64,000 nucleotides of DNA from the human T2T-CHM13v2.0 reference genome, Homo sapiens, in assembly GCF_009914755.1 (NCBI RefSeq), contig NC_060933.1. One strand, 5' to 3'. Positions within the stretch are counted from its first letter, which is position 1. The number at the start of each line of letters is the position of its first letter. The notes beneath the pieces were generated by a model that had not been told where the DNA came from, searched no databases, and was given only the letters and a program-made list of their open reading frames with translations. A program made the position numbers and the translations under genes. Of this stretch, positions 32,309 to 47,319 are shown in pieces.

Positions 32309-33480
32309 TTTAAAAAATTGATCGCAATGAAAGAGGAAAAAAAAGCAGCTCACAGGAATTTTCTACAGAGGCACACAAAGATACACTCTCTAAACAAGAA
32401 AACCATTATCTAGTGAATGTTCATCAGAAACTAGAATATTCACTTTTGTTTAAGTAAAACTTTCACTAATTATATAGAGGATTATACTTCCTATTGAGAT
32501 AATTTATCACTATAGCCAAAGTTTCAGTGTAGAAAAACACCCCTGCTCATCAGTATCTGGGATAGCAGTAAAACAGAGGATACTGCTTGAAACAAAACTG
32601 CTTAGACCAGCACACTTCTCTGATTTGTCAATGTCACTGATTTAAAAATGAAAGTTAATACCTTTTAAGATATCTGTACAATTCTAGGGCAGCTGTTTCA
32701 GAAGGTCAAATAACTCACAGCCAATGGGGAACTAGAGAGATATCTGAGGATTTGGCTGGTAAACCAGACTTTCACTGACAGGGTCCCCTTTGGGGCTGTG
32801 GTAGAGGTTCTCTTAAAAGACAGAGCAGCTTAAAGAAATCACTGAGGATTTTCACTATTACAACAACAAAATGATACTGAAGTGCTATATTGATTTTAAA
32901 TTTGACAAAACAACAGAATCCCTGACAAAACAGAACCATTACTGTGGAATAAATCAGTTAGATTCTGGATCAGCCCCATTATTCTTCATATCATCACAAG
33001 TGCTTTCTAAGATGTTGTCACCAGATTAGGGCACAAAGTGGGGAAGAGAGCTGGAAGGGCTTCTCCTTAAAGAGTATGGTTATTGTACTTCACTTCCATG
33101 CTTAATCATTTGATAACACTCACCCACAGTTGCTATTTTGGATACTCTATAAAATTCCCAGGCAGTTACCCATTTAATCTAACATAAATATGTGTTAAAA
33201 TCTTTTCTGCTATTTCTCAAGGTCACGTGTTTGCCCATGGAACTTAGAGTACTGGCATCTCACTCAGTCACCGCAACAATGGCTTAAATCCTTCTTGACA
33301 GGTGGTACCTCTGTGTTCCTAGTGGCATCATACCACAGAAGGCTTCTCCCTCACACTAATGGGACTGAATCAATAACATCAGACTAAAAACATTAACCTT
33401 AGGAGTCTTATTATTCTGAAAAATATAATAAAACCTTCAGAATAAAGGTTTTATTATTAAAACTCAGACCCAATTAAAAT

Positions 33481-33724
33481 TTTACAAATGAGAAAGCTAG
33501 AACTTTGAGAAGTTAGATTACCCAACTTTACATAGTTTATAACTGATTCTTGTTCTCAAAGGCAACTCTGTGTGACTGTGAAGCCCCAGCACAGGCTCCC
33601 ATAAAAAGGGCATTTCCATTTACTACAATATTTAAGAATCCACAAAAAAATGGTTTTTTTCAAAAGCCTACAGTTAAAAGCAAGTTGCTCAAATATTACC
33701 AAATATTACCAATATTACCAATAA
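33481..33724 (+). repeat. Inserted copy of 32073-32308 flanked by a perfect 17-bp direct repeat
   Basis: tcagacccaattaaaat at 33464-33480 and 33725-33741. Confidence 0.93.
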
Positions 33725-33825
33725 TCAGACCCAATTAAAATCAGAGAGAAAAAAAGTAACACAAGGCTGTGTAACTCATGCACTACTAATATAGCCCATT
33801 GACTATTTAACTCATAGGATGCCTT

Positions 33826-33990
33826 TTAAAATAATTTTTATTGTGGTAAAATATATATCCCATAAAATCTACCATTTTAACCATTTTAAGTGTACAGTTC
33901 AGTGGCATTAAATATATTCACATTGTTGTTCAACCACCACCTGCATCCAGCCCCTGAACTCATTTCATCCTACAGCTGAAACTCAAATCT
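33826..33990 (-). mobile_element. L1MB-type 3' fragment
   Basis: ttttattgtggtaaaatata...ccattttaaccattttaagtgtacagttcagtggcattaa. Confidence 0.75.
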
Positions 33991-34335
33991 TCTGAATAAT
34001 TTGTGAAGTTGGCAACACACCATGCTGACCCTTAATTTGTGAAGAAGGCCCACAAGTATTAGAAAGATCCATTTGTAGAGGTGTCACTTGATGTGACATT
34101 CCTTGCTAGCACAGATCCATCTCAAACAAACTTCTAAAGCTTGGGCTACTCTGCTCAACTCTAAATCCACATGAAGAAATGTCTCCTATTCAATTGGCAC
34201 CACATCCTAGCAGGATTTTGTGTTCTTCTTTTTTCTCTACACTTTGCGTTTCAGATGGATTTTATATCTATACATCTTTATCTATATTATGTGTATACAT
34301 ATATACATATATTTTGCTTTGCAGGAGGATCATTT

Positions 34336-34382
34336 ATGTGTGTGTATGTGTATGTGTGTGTGTATATAAATATATATATATA
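34336..34382. repeat. (TG)n(TA)n microsatellite
   Basis: Direct reading. Confidence 0.85.
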
Positions 34383-36139
34383 AAAAATTAGAATTAAGTG
34401 AGAATGTTTCATAAGGACAAATACACCACTAAGTCTCTCACTCCTTTGCTATTGTAGAAATGGAGTTAGGAAACAAGGTGAAAAAGAGCCCTTTCACAGC
34501 CAGAGACTGTTTCTTTACCTTCTTGGAAACTGTAACCCTTACAGGAATTGTGCAAGAATTAAATGTGGGAGTGCTGGAAACCCAGAGCACACAGCCTTAT
34601 GCACAAAGAGCTCTTCATAAATGGTAGATGGCATTAGCTTCAAGTTTAGAAACAATGTTTTCTTTTTGCTTCCTAGCCAGGAAAAGCCCTTTTGCTTCAA
34701 GCGACTAAAGAATGTTCTCTAACTTCCTGAGTGTTGTGTGTGTGTACTTGCCTCTGCTAATGTTTAGTTTGCCTTACAAGGACAATCTGCCTGACTTCGT
34801 GTTGGATAAAGGGAAGCTGTACACGAAGATGGAGAGATACAGAAGGAAACAAGCCATGATTTCAGTAACCCAGTGGCCATGACAGCCAGAGGCTGAATGA
34901 AGGCCGACCGAAACTAGATATCCGCTGACCACCTCTGGACCCACAGGTGCAGCTGTTTGGGCTGACACCACACCTGGCAGCAGGGCTGACGTGTCCTGCA
35001 GACCTGCTCTTCCTCTGACTCACTGTGTCGCTGCCCATCACTGGCTCACAGCTTGGTAGCTACCCAGCCACACCCTCAGCCTCTCTTTTCCCTACTGTCA
35101 ACCAACTGTGTGTCTGGCATGTAACACACACTCAGACTGAGAATGTTTCTGTCTCTGTGCTAACTGCAGTGTCTGCCATCCTTTCCTGCTCTCTCATAGC
35201 AGGTACCGAGTCAGTCCAGACAGCTGCTGCCTCTGGGCTCAGTGCTGATCGGCAGATCTCCAACCTCTGACCTTCCTTCTGCCCCCTCCGTTAGTTCCAC
35301 TCACATTTGCTCCAGTCAGGCCCGGAAAATAAAGATAACAATTAGGAACAAATACACACAGGCCATGGGAGATCTACTAATGCACTTTGTCCACTGCCCC
35401 AAAAACGTCCCATGACAGCTAGTGGACACTTTTTTAGATTTCCCAGTTAGAACGGTTCTACATTTTGGATCTCAAAAATTCTCAACACTGATAAAGACCA
35501 GTGAAACAAGAATTCAGTTATAGCAAATTGTATGCTCTTTGTCAGAAAGTTTTAAAAAACAAAGTCCAATAATATTATTCAGAGAACATTTTCTTTCTTT
35601 GCATAAAATCTTCCTAGTGAGAAGAGACAGACAGGAAAAAAACAAAATTCCATACATGGGAACAAGAAATAATGACTTCCATAAGGAAACACAAAACCAG
35701 GGAAGACACAGGCTGGAGGCGGGTGGGGTGGGGAGGGCAGTGGGAGCTGTGTACGTGCGTGTCTGCATGTGTGTGTTCTATGCACATTAGGGGTTAGGTT
35801 ATCTAGAAGAATTCTATCAGGAAGAGATAATTTACCCAAGAAATGAATTGAGGAAGCTATCTATGCTATAGGGGAAAATTTCAGAAATACTGAATAGCTA
35901 GTACAAAGGATGGATCTTGCTTGACATTTTTAAAGAGCAGCTAGAAGAACAACATAGCACAAAATATTTGAAGCCACAGATAAGCAGAGAATACGGTCAA
36001 AGTTGCTTATTTCTTTTTATCTAAATAAGGTCAGTTCTTTATTGAAAATGACTACATTCATATGGTGCATAAAATATGTGGCAATTTACAGCAAGAATTA
36101 AAGAAAATAAAATTCTATAGATTTAAATTGGAAGCCAGT

Positions 36140-36530
36140 TGCAAAGGCAGAAGCAAGATGGGATGTGAAGCTGTGGCAATGGTCCAGGTAAGAGATGGTG
36201 GGCAACTGGGCTGTCATGGTAATAACAGAGGTGAGGGAAAGTTGTCAGACTCCACATATACTCTGAAGCTGTGACTGACATGATCTGTCTAACAACTGAG
36301 TTGACAGGATATGCCTATGGATTGATCGTGGAGTGTGAAGGAATGGAAGTCATTGGTAACTCCACGCATATTGGCTCAAGCCAACAATTGGTAAATGCTG
36401 TGATATTTACTGAGAGGTGGAAGCCCAGGGGTAATAGGTTTGGTGATGGGAAGGATATGGAGATAATAAACTTAGTTTTGGATGTGACTATTTGACATCC
36501 GAAAGGAAATGGAGTCTGGTGCTCAGAGGG
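36140..36530 (+). mobile_element. L2 fragment
   Basis: gcaatggtccaggtaagagatggtgg...ttagttttggatgtgactatttgacatcc resembles L2; strand uncertain. Confidence 0.6.
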
Positions 36531-37321
36531 GAACTTGAAACATATGTCAGGGATGGATAATAACCTGAATATATCTAATCCCAACCAGAAGAAATTTTCA
36601 CAATGAATTAAAAAGTTCTATATTTCCTAGCAGATTTAATTCTTTATTCTTTCAGAAATAAGTGAAAAATAGACATGAGGGAAAATGGCTTGTCAGTGAT
36701 TGCTAATCTGGGACTATGGTTAATAGAATGTTATGGTATAATCTCTCAGCATGATTCCAGGACATGGTTAGGTGGATTTCTAAATATCTTTTCTCTCTTT
36801 CTGATTCAGAACATTTGTTCTTATTAGGCCAGGTGGTTTTTTAAGGCCATTCCTATTACTACTACTACTATATATATATATACATACACACACACACATA
36901 TGGTTCTCCCAGAAAATTATCTTTTATCTTCCCTCTTCTGTTGTTTATTCTTTTGACCTTGTTTGAGTAATGACACCTTTTAAAATGATGTAGCAGATGA
37001 GGAGATTATTCACCTCAAGTGAGTCTGTGTCCTGAAACACATTTTGTTAACTGAAAGTATAATACATAATGAAGCTTGTTCTGTTACTCAGAAAATATTC
37101 ATGTATTCCTGTTGTAAGTAACAGGGATTCTCTCTTTTGAACAGAGCTTTTACTACTCTGAAGATTCCATAAATCTGGGAGTTACATCTAGTTTTCTTGG
37201 GTATTTCTCAACACAAACTCAGTCTAGCCCTTGAAGCGTCAATGTGAAGCATGTAATTAGTAAGAATGTGGATTGATATATTAATCCATTCAGATAATCA
37301 AATGTCAGTGATTGATATGAC

Positions 37322-37632
37322 AGCTATACAATCTCTTATCTAAAGCCTTGGTATCAGATTTGCTTTAGATTCAGATTCATTTCATATATTAGAAAGGTCA
37401 TACTGTGTATACACCAAATATGAGTGACTAGGTGGTAATCACATATGTTACTATTTTTGCAATAAAACATATGAATATTCACATTAAGCAGAGTAACTAA
37501 AAAATGCAAATAGCCCCAAAGTCAGTACATTCAGATTTTGCTGCTAAATAAATTTGGGTCTGCTTAGGGTTCACCATTTTAATAATTTTGCTTTTAGAAT
37601 TAAAAATTGCAGATAAGCAACTGTGGATCTTT
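37322..37632. mobile_element. Old TcMar-Tigger-like DNA transposon
   Basis: Imperfect inverted ends acaatctcttatct ... agataagcaactgtgg. Confidence 0.5.
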
Positions 37633-38374
37633 AATAATAGAAAACATTAGCATAGGTAATGGGTAAAACCAGACCAAAAAAAACAAAGCCATAAAACGAC
37701 AGAGGGAGAGCATACAAGAAATATATAAGACTGGAGAATGCATTTTTAATGTGTCCTTAACATAAAAGTAGAGGCAGCAGGATCCCTAGGAGAGAGCTGG
37801 AAATGCATTCTGTTCTCCTGGTACAGGAAGGTTAATACGATGACCCTGAGGGCAGGGGATGTAGCTGTGGTCAGGAAAAGATAATAATAATAAAGATAAT
37901 AATGTGCTGGGAAAGATAGTAAGCCTATAAAAACATAATTTTCATTAATCAAGAGTGTTAATATTTTAGGTATCAAAAATAAATCTTAAGTTATTTTAAT
38001 ATCATCCATTCATATCTAAAATTAATGCCTTGGTAAAGGGCAGAAACTCTAATAAGAGATGTAATTTATTGTTAAGGCAGCAATGATAAGACTGGAGGAC
38101 AGCCAATATCAGCCCATCTTTTTAAGAAAATAATAAATAGGATACAGTCAGTGAACTTTATTTCTACAGAAGTAGCTTTGATAGGAAAAATACTAGACAC
38201 AAGGGACATGCCTAGTGAAGAATATGATAACTATGACTCAGCTCACATTTCCCAAGAGTATATTACTAACCTCTACCATAATTATTTGCTTATTTACTAA
38301 AAGAATGGATTAATGAATAAACAAATGGAGAATATGTCCCTGAGATGTTGATGTAGCAGTTCAAGAAACGCGAA

Positions 38375-38712
38375 TCAAGATGGTTATCAGTGGCAGGGAA
38401 GGGGCGTGGGGGGCTGGGGAGGAGGTGGGGATAGTTATGGGCACAAAAAAATAGTAAGAATGAATAAGACCTAGTATTTGATAGCACAACAAGGTGACTA
38501 TAGTCAATAATAATTTAATTGTACACTTTAAAATAACTAAAAGTGTATAATTGGATTGTCTGTAACACAAAGGATAAATACTTGGGATGGATATCCCATT
38601 TTATATTATGTGATTATTATGCACTGCATGCCTGTATCAAAGTATCTCATGAATCCCATAAATGTGTACACCTGCTATGCACCCACAAAAAGTAAAAGTT
38701 TTTTTTAAAAAA
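38375..38712 (+). mobile_element. L1MA-type 3' end
   Basis: gaatgaataagacctagtatttgatagcacaac...cctgtatcaaagtatctcatg...cccacaaaaa plus A tail. Confidence 0.82.
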
Positions 38713-39419
38713 AGAAACTCAAATATCTACATAGGTATTTTATAATCCAAACTTGACAGCCTCTCTCTTTGCAATTTTACAACTTTCAGCAAATTCCCCA
38801 TATTCTCTCCATCTCAGTCTGAACAGCCATTTCACATCTTACAGCTCACTGTTTTTTGTGTATCTCATCCATTATCCATGTTTTTGTTTGCATTACTTTT
38901 GCTTTCTGAAATATCCTCCTGAATTATTTTCCAACAACTCATGAGGTAACGCTTTCTCCAAAGCCTGTCATTCTCAAGTGTCTTCGGGTCTGTGTCTTAT
39001 AACTGAACACTCACAAGAACCATCTCTGGTTTGTTTTGTGGGTTCTCTCTTCAGTAGCATTAACATTTTTTTCACCATGCAAATTCTGTATAGTTGGTCA
39101 TAGAGTAGGAAATGAAGCTATTAAATGGTTATAATTTGCCAGTCACAGTGATGGAGGATGAAGGAGATGCAAAGATAAAGCCCTATCCCCAAAAACCTTT
39201 TAGCTCAAAACGATGGAAGGCTGAGTCCTGAACCCTCATAGCACTACATTTCATTGCTTTAGTCCAAAACAAGTCCAAGAGATGTGCAGAGCCAGGAAGG
39301 ATCATTTTCAGTGTGGTTGTTCAAAAAAGGCATCCTGGGAGAGGATGAATTTCCCTCATTCATTCAGGAAACATTTCCTGATGTCCTAGTCCTGTTAGGC
39401 ACAGTTAGGCTTTAGAGGC

Positions 39420-39862
39420 TGAGTTAGTTTTCCAGAACTGCTGTAACAAAGTGCCACAAACTAGGTAGCTAAAGTGATGGAGGCCATACGTCCAAGATCA
39501 AGGTGTCTGCCGGCCGTGCTGCCTCCGGAGGCTCTAGGGAGGGATCTGTTCTATGCCCATCTCCTAGCTGCTGGTGCCTCCGGTGTTCTGTGGCTTGTCC
39601 ATGCATTATTCCAATCCTCCCTCCTCACAGGGCTGCTTCCCTATGTGTCCTTGCACTGTGTTCCCTGTGTGTACATCTGTCTCTGGGTCCAAAGGTCCTT
39701 CTTGATGAGGACACCAGTCATATTAGATTAGGGTCAACCCTCCTGACTACATTTTAACTTGATTACCTCTGTAAAAACCTTATATCCAATTAAGGTCACA
39801 TTCTGAGGTACTGGGAGTTAGGATTCCAACATATGTCTTTGGGAAACCACAAGTCAATCCAG
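39420..39862 (-). mobile_element. MLT1 (MaLR) LTR
   Basis: ctgctgtaacaaagtgccacaaact...gaggacaccagtcatattagattaggg...aaggtcacattctgaggtactgggagttagg. Confidence 0.82.
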
Positions 39863-40355
39863 GATAGAGATGCAGGGATGAAAGGCAGGCACAGTGACTT
39901 TGAAAGGAAGCTCACACTGTGAGCGGGCACCAGGAAAGTAAATCACTTGTTCCAGTGAAGCTCAACACGCTCCTACACGAGGTAAGATCATGAGAGTTGA
40001 CATCTGTCATTTTAAGTGTTCTGGATTAGTAAGAACCTTAACCTTTACGCTCTTTCCCCGCAGGCTAGTAACCTTTCAGAGTAAGCAAAATTGGCAAATG
40101 ACATTGCCTTGGCTATGGTTTCCCTCTGAACTGCTTAACTTGGTAACAAAAATGCTGACGGTACCTCTGTCATTGACGTATTTTTTTTTAGGAGGAAGAA
40201 AGAGCCAAATTACAAATACGATGCAGACTCTATATGAGTCTTCTCTTACAGCATCTCTTTTATAGGGAAACTGTCCACAACATTTTAAACATTATTAATC
40301 AATGCAGAGCAAGATTTTAAACAGATACAGGTTACTTTCAAACACTATGTAATAA

Positions 40356-40559
<204 letters not shown>

Positions 40560-40643
40560 TGACATATAATCAGAAACAGAAATAATGTCACTGTTATGAG
40601 GATATTTACAGATTCAGAGAATGTCACAGAGATCTGTAGTCTA

Positions 40644-40982
<339 letters not shown>

Positions 40983-41387
40983 CTAAATCTGGCTGCTTAA
41001 TAAAGGACACACAATTCTTCAAGTTCAAAGTCTGTGTTCCTGTACTTGTCATACACACAGAAACTGCTCATTTATTACATTTTGAAATTTCAGTGTCTTT
41101 CAAAAATATCAGATCAAATCAGAGAAAATAAATGAATTCAATCTACCACTCTAAAATACTGCAGAGGCAATGTTAAATTACTTTATTAAGCAAACCAAGA
41201 AAAAATAAATTATATATGATTTGTATTATTTTTTAACTTCCACACTATTTAATGGTATAAGATTCTCTTTCAATGCTTTCAATGAAATAGGTATCTTACT
41301 TTCACTTAGAACATTTTTTTCAAAGTAATTCTTAAAATTCTGTTTTTCTAATAGGTTTGCGGCAATAGGTACCAATTATTGTTATTA

Positions 41388-41633
<246 letters not shown>

Positions 41634-43957
41634 TTATTTAACATAGCTGTTACTAGATTAGAAAACTATAAAATTATGAATATATATTAAGAAAATCATC
41701 GATTTACAATAGAAAAAATAGAATAATTACATGTGACTGGATGAACCCTAAATTGTGTTCACATTTAGCTAGATGACCCCTGATATTCTAGAAGGCAGGT
41801 GTCCCACTGACTGCAGAAAATGTTTGTTTAATGCAGGTGGCCACTAGAGCATTCCTGTCAACTTTTGGAACTAGTGTTATTTCATAGCCCTTGTGCAAGA
41901 TTTGCCCTTTGCCAACATAAGAGACTAAATTCCAGTAGTAGGAAGTACAGTATTAAGCACTGATAAAAGAAAGACAGTTAATATATTGACCTTGCACTCA
42001 AAGTGCTTACAGTCTCATAGGAGAAATGGATGTAAAAGAAGAGTTAAAACATAGAGTGCTTTGTGAGGCAATCCCACTTACATGTGGAATTCTAAAAAGT
42101 TGATTTCACAAAAGTACAGAGGAGAGTGATGGTTACGAGGAACTGGGGTGTGGAGGAGATATTGGTTAAAAAATACAAAAAGGTATGGAGTAGCAAATGG
42201 TCAAGGTGAGTCCTAAGCAGGTTCTGGTGCACTCTGCTCTCTCTGGCAGTACTGCAGGGAAACTGGGGCAAGCCTCACACAGCGCTCATCCACCTTGGAC
42301 AAGGAAAAGGAGACTGTTGGGTATTGAAGAAGATGCATGCAGAGCAGAAAATTTGCTCTTTTTGCTCTGACCAATGCCACATCTGAAACAAAAACATAGG
42401 CATGTCCGCTGATGTTTTATTGATGTTTGTTATTTTTCTAGTCTAATAGAATTAGGGGACACTCGAAAACCACAGCTTCTTTAATAATCAATGTCTAGAA
42501 AAAGAGAGTGCTCTATAAACTATTCCCAAGCTGAGGAGTCAGAACACTTTTATTATTCCCTGGTGCTGCCACTTACCTGAAGGCTCTGACAGAAATTCTG
42601 AAGTTCTAGACAGTTCATTATTATTCATTGACTTATACTGTGTATTTTATTATTAGGAGTTTATCATTATGTCCTCATTTGTAAAGTCTTTAGTACTTCA
42701 CTACATGTCCAAAAAAGTTTGATATTATTAGAATATAGCTAGGTGTAAAAACGAATAAGTGAGGACATTGTACTTTAATATAAGTTATTATGGGGAAGTG
42801 TTAAGAAATATAAATATTAGGCACCTATTTGAATTGATGACCACACTTAACTACTGTTTCCTTATGATTCCCAAGTTTACAGATTCTTAGAAGTCAGATT
42901 CTAAGATATTTTTGTAGTGAATCTTTGTTCAAAAATATTTTTTCCTCTGAATGTACGATAAGCACCTCTAAAGTTTATATTATATATATAGTATGTACAC
43001 AGACATATATATAAATATAATTTTTGTTTGTTTTGCTTTTTATTGTTCTATGTTCTGAATTGAAGAGTCAGGAATTTGATCTAGTAGACAAGATGGAAAA
43101 TTACTGATAACCAACACTGTGCATCTGATTGACACTAAAATACTCCATATATTTTCTTAATCCAGACAGCTAGGAGGTGGACACAGCTCTTGTTCAAAGT
43201 TAAATGTTCTGCTATAGATCAGGGGCATCCTCCACTCATGCAACATGGTTTCCTAGATCGGGCAAGATTTATTCTTGGATGATTTACAGCAATATTTATG
43301 TGAGCCCCTGCCAGAGACAGTGCACAGATTTCTTTAGCCCTCAGTAGGAACTACTTCCACAGTTTCTTCTCTCTGCTCATTCCTCCTTCCAACTTAACTT
43401 TTCAGGATGTAACAGAATTCCACGTACCCACTTCCATAATCACTCAATTTAACAATGAACACTTATCGAGCATTTGAGAACTCTAGGTCAGGCAAAGAGT
43501 TCCCTTTAAGTAAATTTTGCATTTAATTCCTAACATACCTTTAAAAGACAAGGCCTCATTACTACCCTCCATATGGACGGTGGGCAGCTCACCTATGTTT
43601 ACGCATCTAGCAAGGGGCCCACAAGCTTTGGATCCAGAACCTGTGCAATTAAATATTTTTATTATATTATTTTGATGATAATCATGGGATGTGGTGTTTC
43701 TCAAATAAATGTAACAAAGATGTAAAGACATTTGGGAGTGAGCAGGTCTGGCTACCTAAGGCAGCAGCCCCCATGCAGCAGGGCAACCTCTCCTACTCCT
43801 GGTCAGGCAAGGTCTGGGTTTCGGAAAGCTGAGGGTGCAGTGCCAATGGGGTTTTCTCTACTGGCCCTTCCTGTTGACTCCACCAGATCTACTCTTCTCT
43901 CCTAAGCCTATGTAAACTTTAATTGGTGGGAGATCCTTTTGGGGTTGGTCTAACTAG

Positions 43958-44348
<391 letters not shown>

Positions 44349-47319
44349 ATTTTATGGTTGTTTTAAAAGAGTTGGGAGAAGGTGAAGGAGATGCTAACAG
44401 CCAACCCATCATCTTAGGCTGGATGTTGTACATTGGGAATTTTATACACAGAGCTGAAACTTCTGAGGAACTATTCAATATTTTTGGTTCTTCCCCTCAT
44501 CTTGGTTAGTCAGCATGAAGGGCATCCTCTTCAGCTTGTATTTCATAACCTTTCTTTGGTGTTTTCACTCCCTCTCATTCCAGGTTTAGAAAAGTAATTA
44601 CTATGAGAACACATGTGGAGAAGCACAAGGAGGAAAATGAGTTGACACGGTTCTGGTGTGCTACCCTGGGATGGTGTGTTTTCATTAGATGAAGAGGGAG
44701 CCACTAGCCATCCCTCTTCTCGGCATCCCTCACAGTTTGTTAGTTTGTTGGTGTTCATGGTTGCACTCCTGCTAACAGATGACACATTTCAGTGACTTCA
44801 TTTTACCTTTGATGAAGTAGTACTTAAATGCAAATAAGCTATATTTTCAGCCATTACTGATAAAGTAATGAAATTCTGGCATTACCAAAGAATTTCATCA
44901 GGATGTTGTAGACTCATGGTTACAATCTGCAATCCCAGATGCATTTTAAGGGTAAGCTGCTGTGCACACAATTTAATTAAACGCTGAGTGGAAATGGTGG
45001 GAAACACAGCGTGACTGACCTGTGCACTGCTGGATAGCACTAATCTGTGTGCCTTTGTTAAAGGCAGCTTTGATGGTTGGTATAGAAGGCCACTATGGGT
45101 AACAGAAAGAGAAAGGAGATTGGCTGACTCCACCCCCAACTAGAGTGTGGTAATTGTCCAGTCACTCAGCCTCTCTGAGACAAAAATGTTGTCCTTTGTT
45201 TAAAAAAGAAAAGCATAAAGTTGGGAGTGAGGGGATTAACAGTCATATAAATCACCTCACAAGACTGTAAGGAAGACAATGGGATAACTGAAACTACAGC
45301 ACTTTGTAACTAAATTATTATTCAAATGTGATGTTATACTCAATTTTTGTTGTCTTTAAATTAAAACAAATGAAAGTCTTCTATTTGTTAAGTCAAGATT
45401 ATACATGTGCTGACTACTTTTCAACCTGGAAGTGTCTTTTCATAGTCCCTTCTAGTCTATGGTCAACAAAACTTTGTACACAAAACAGGGGAAGCAGTTA
45501 GGTCCTCTAAGCTCAGCCTCTCCCCCATAACAAATGTTTCTTCTCCACTTCACCCTCCTCCCCCTGCCTCTGACAAGACATTGCACCTGAGTTAAATAAA
45601 GTGTCACAATTCTACCCCACAGATCCTATGAATCACGAAAACTCATCCCCTCCATTCATAATATATGTTCTGACACACATGTTCCATTACTGGAATGAGA
45701 TTAAAATATGCTGAGCAACTGAAACTTTCTCTTACACTTTATATGGCTTGAGGAACAGCAGATGTTATTTTTTAAAGGGTAATTCGTTTTTATAAAGGCT
45801 GATATTGGTACCACAGTGAAGATGCTGAGCTGCGCTGTTTTGTCCCTAAATGTTCACACAACATAGGATTTATCTTATGTACCGTTTTATCCACTTTTAA
45901 GTTTTCAAGTTCTGAGGAAATTATTAAAGTTTTGCCACTTATTTTGTAATGGAAAACAAGGGAAAAGAGGGAAGTGAGAAACTGTGAAGCATATATTGTA
46001 TGCTGAGAATTCGACCAGATATTTTCAAGCATATTATCATTTTTTATTTCTAAAAGCATTCAGTGGGTTGTCTTTATCGTATCTACCTTACAGATGAGAA
46101 AATAAAATCACTAATTAAAACACATGGAAAGATATTATTTTTAAAATCAGCTATGTTTCATTTTTATCCTTGTCCATGAATATATTCACATGATTTGTCA
46201 ATCACTTAGTACTTTTTGGTTATAAATAATCTGGCAGGATTATGTCTCTATTTTGTACAGTTATATCTGTGTTATAATTCTGCATTTACATCAGGTCAAA
46301 GTTACATTTCACTATCTGGGGCAGGGGGCTCTGCAAAAGAAAAGTAGAAACCCTACAGCTGGAGCCTGAATTGTTTCTGACTAACAACAATAAAACTTCC
46401 CATGACTATAGCATCTAGTCATTAAGTGGCAGCACTGTTACAGAGTATGTATTGACTTTGTTTACAGGGGAAATAATGCACAGGTAAATCATCATCATCA
46501 TCATTACGATTATCATCATATCACCATAATCTTATACCTTCCTTAACTAAATTTGATATTGAGGGCACAAAATATAAGTAAACAAAGTAAATGTTCAAAG
46601 CCAGCCACTATTAGGGGCTTCTATATATCAAGCAAACACACAGTTAAGTCAACCTTGTCCCCATGAGACACTTCCCACTAAGATAACAAATTGTTTCAAA
46701 TGTGATTTTATCCAGATATATTTGTTTGTTTCTTTCCTCATCTAATTGCATTTTAATTCACATTAAAAATTTCAGGTATTACCTGGGGTGAGCAGGAGGT
46801 GGGAAGTGAGACGTGAGGTAGGGACTGTCACAGCTCCTACACTCCAGTGTGATTATATGTAATTTATAGGGAAGAGGAGTGAAGCTGGCTTTAAATAAAC
46901 TCCCTCATTCCACTTCTGAGATTTATAGGCTTTAAACAGCCATGCTTTTTGTCAGTAGATCTGCCTTTTTGCTGAGGGGAATTTAAACATTTACCTGAGA
47001 TCTAATTTCATTTAGAAAAAAAAGGGCTAACTACACAGATATAGAATCAGGTACCACAGTCTTTTTCAACTAGGCTGCTTTAAAGTAAAAAAATACAGAA
47101 ACCCTCCCTCAGAATCTGTCTTTGTGTACATGTTCTATTTCAGCAGTATTTCCTTCAATCTTAGCAGGTTGAAGCAGAAAGAATATTCAGCCTACTAAAA
47201 ATGTGTTCATAAAAAAAGAACTGCAATTATGGTTAAAATCTCAGAGTGTATATAACAATTTATAAAATGTATTCTCTTACAAAATGCATCTACACTCCCT
47301 AGCAGCTTTGAAAATGGAC

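Noticed and set aside
34770-35330. GC-richer, repeat-free stretch with a TGACTCA motif, a possible enhancer
   Set aside because: Short motifs alone are not evidence; conservation and chromatin cannot be assessed here.
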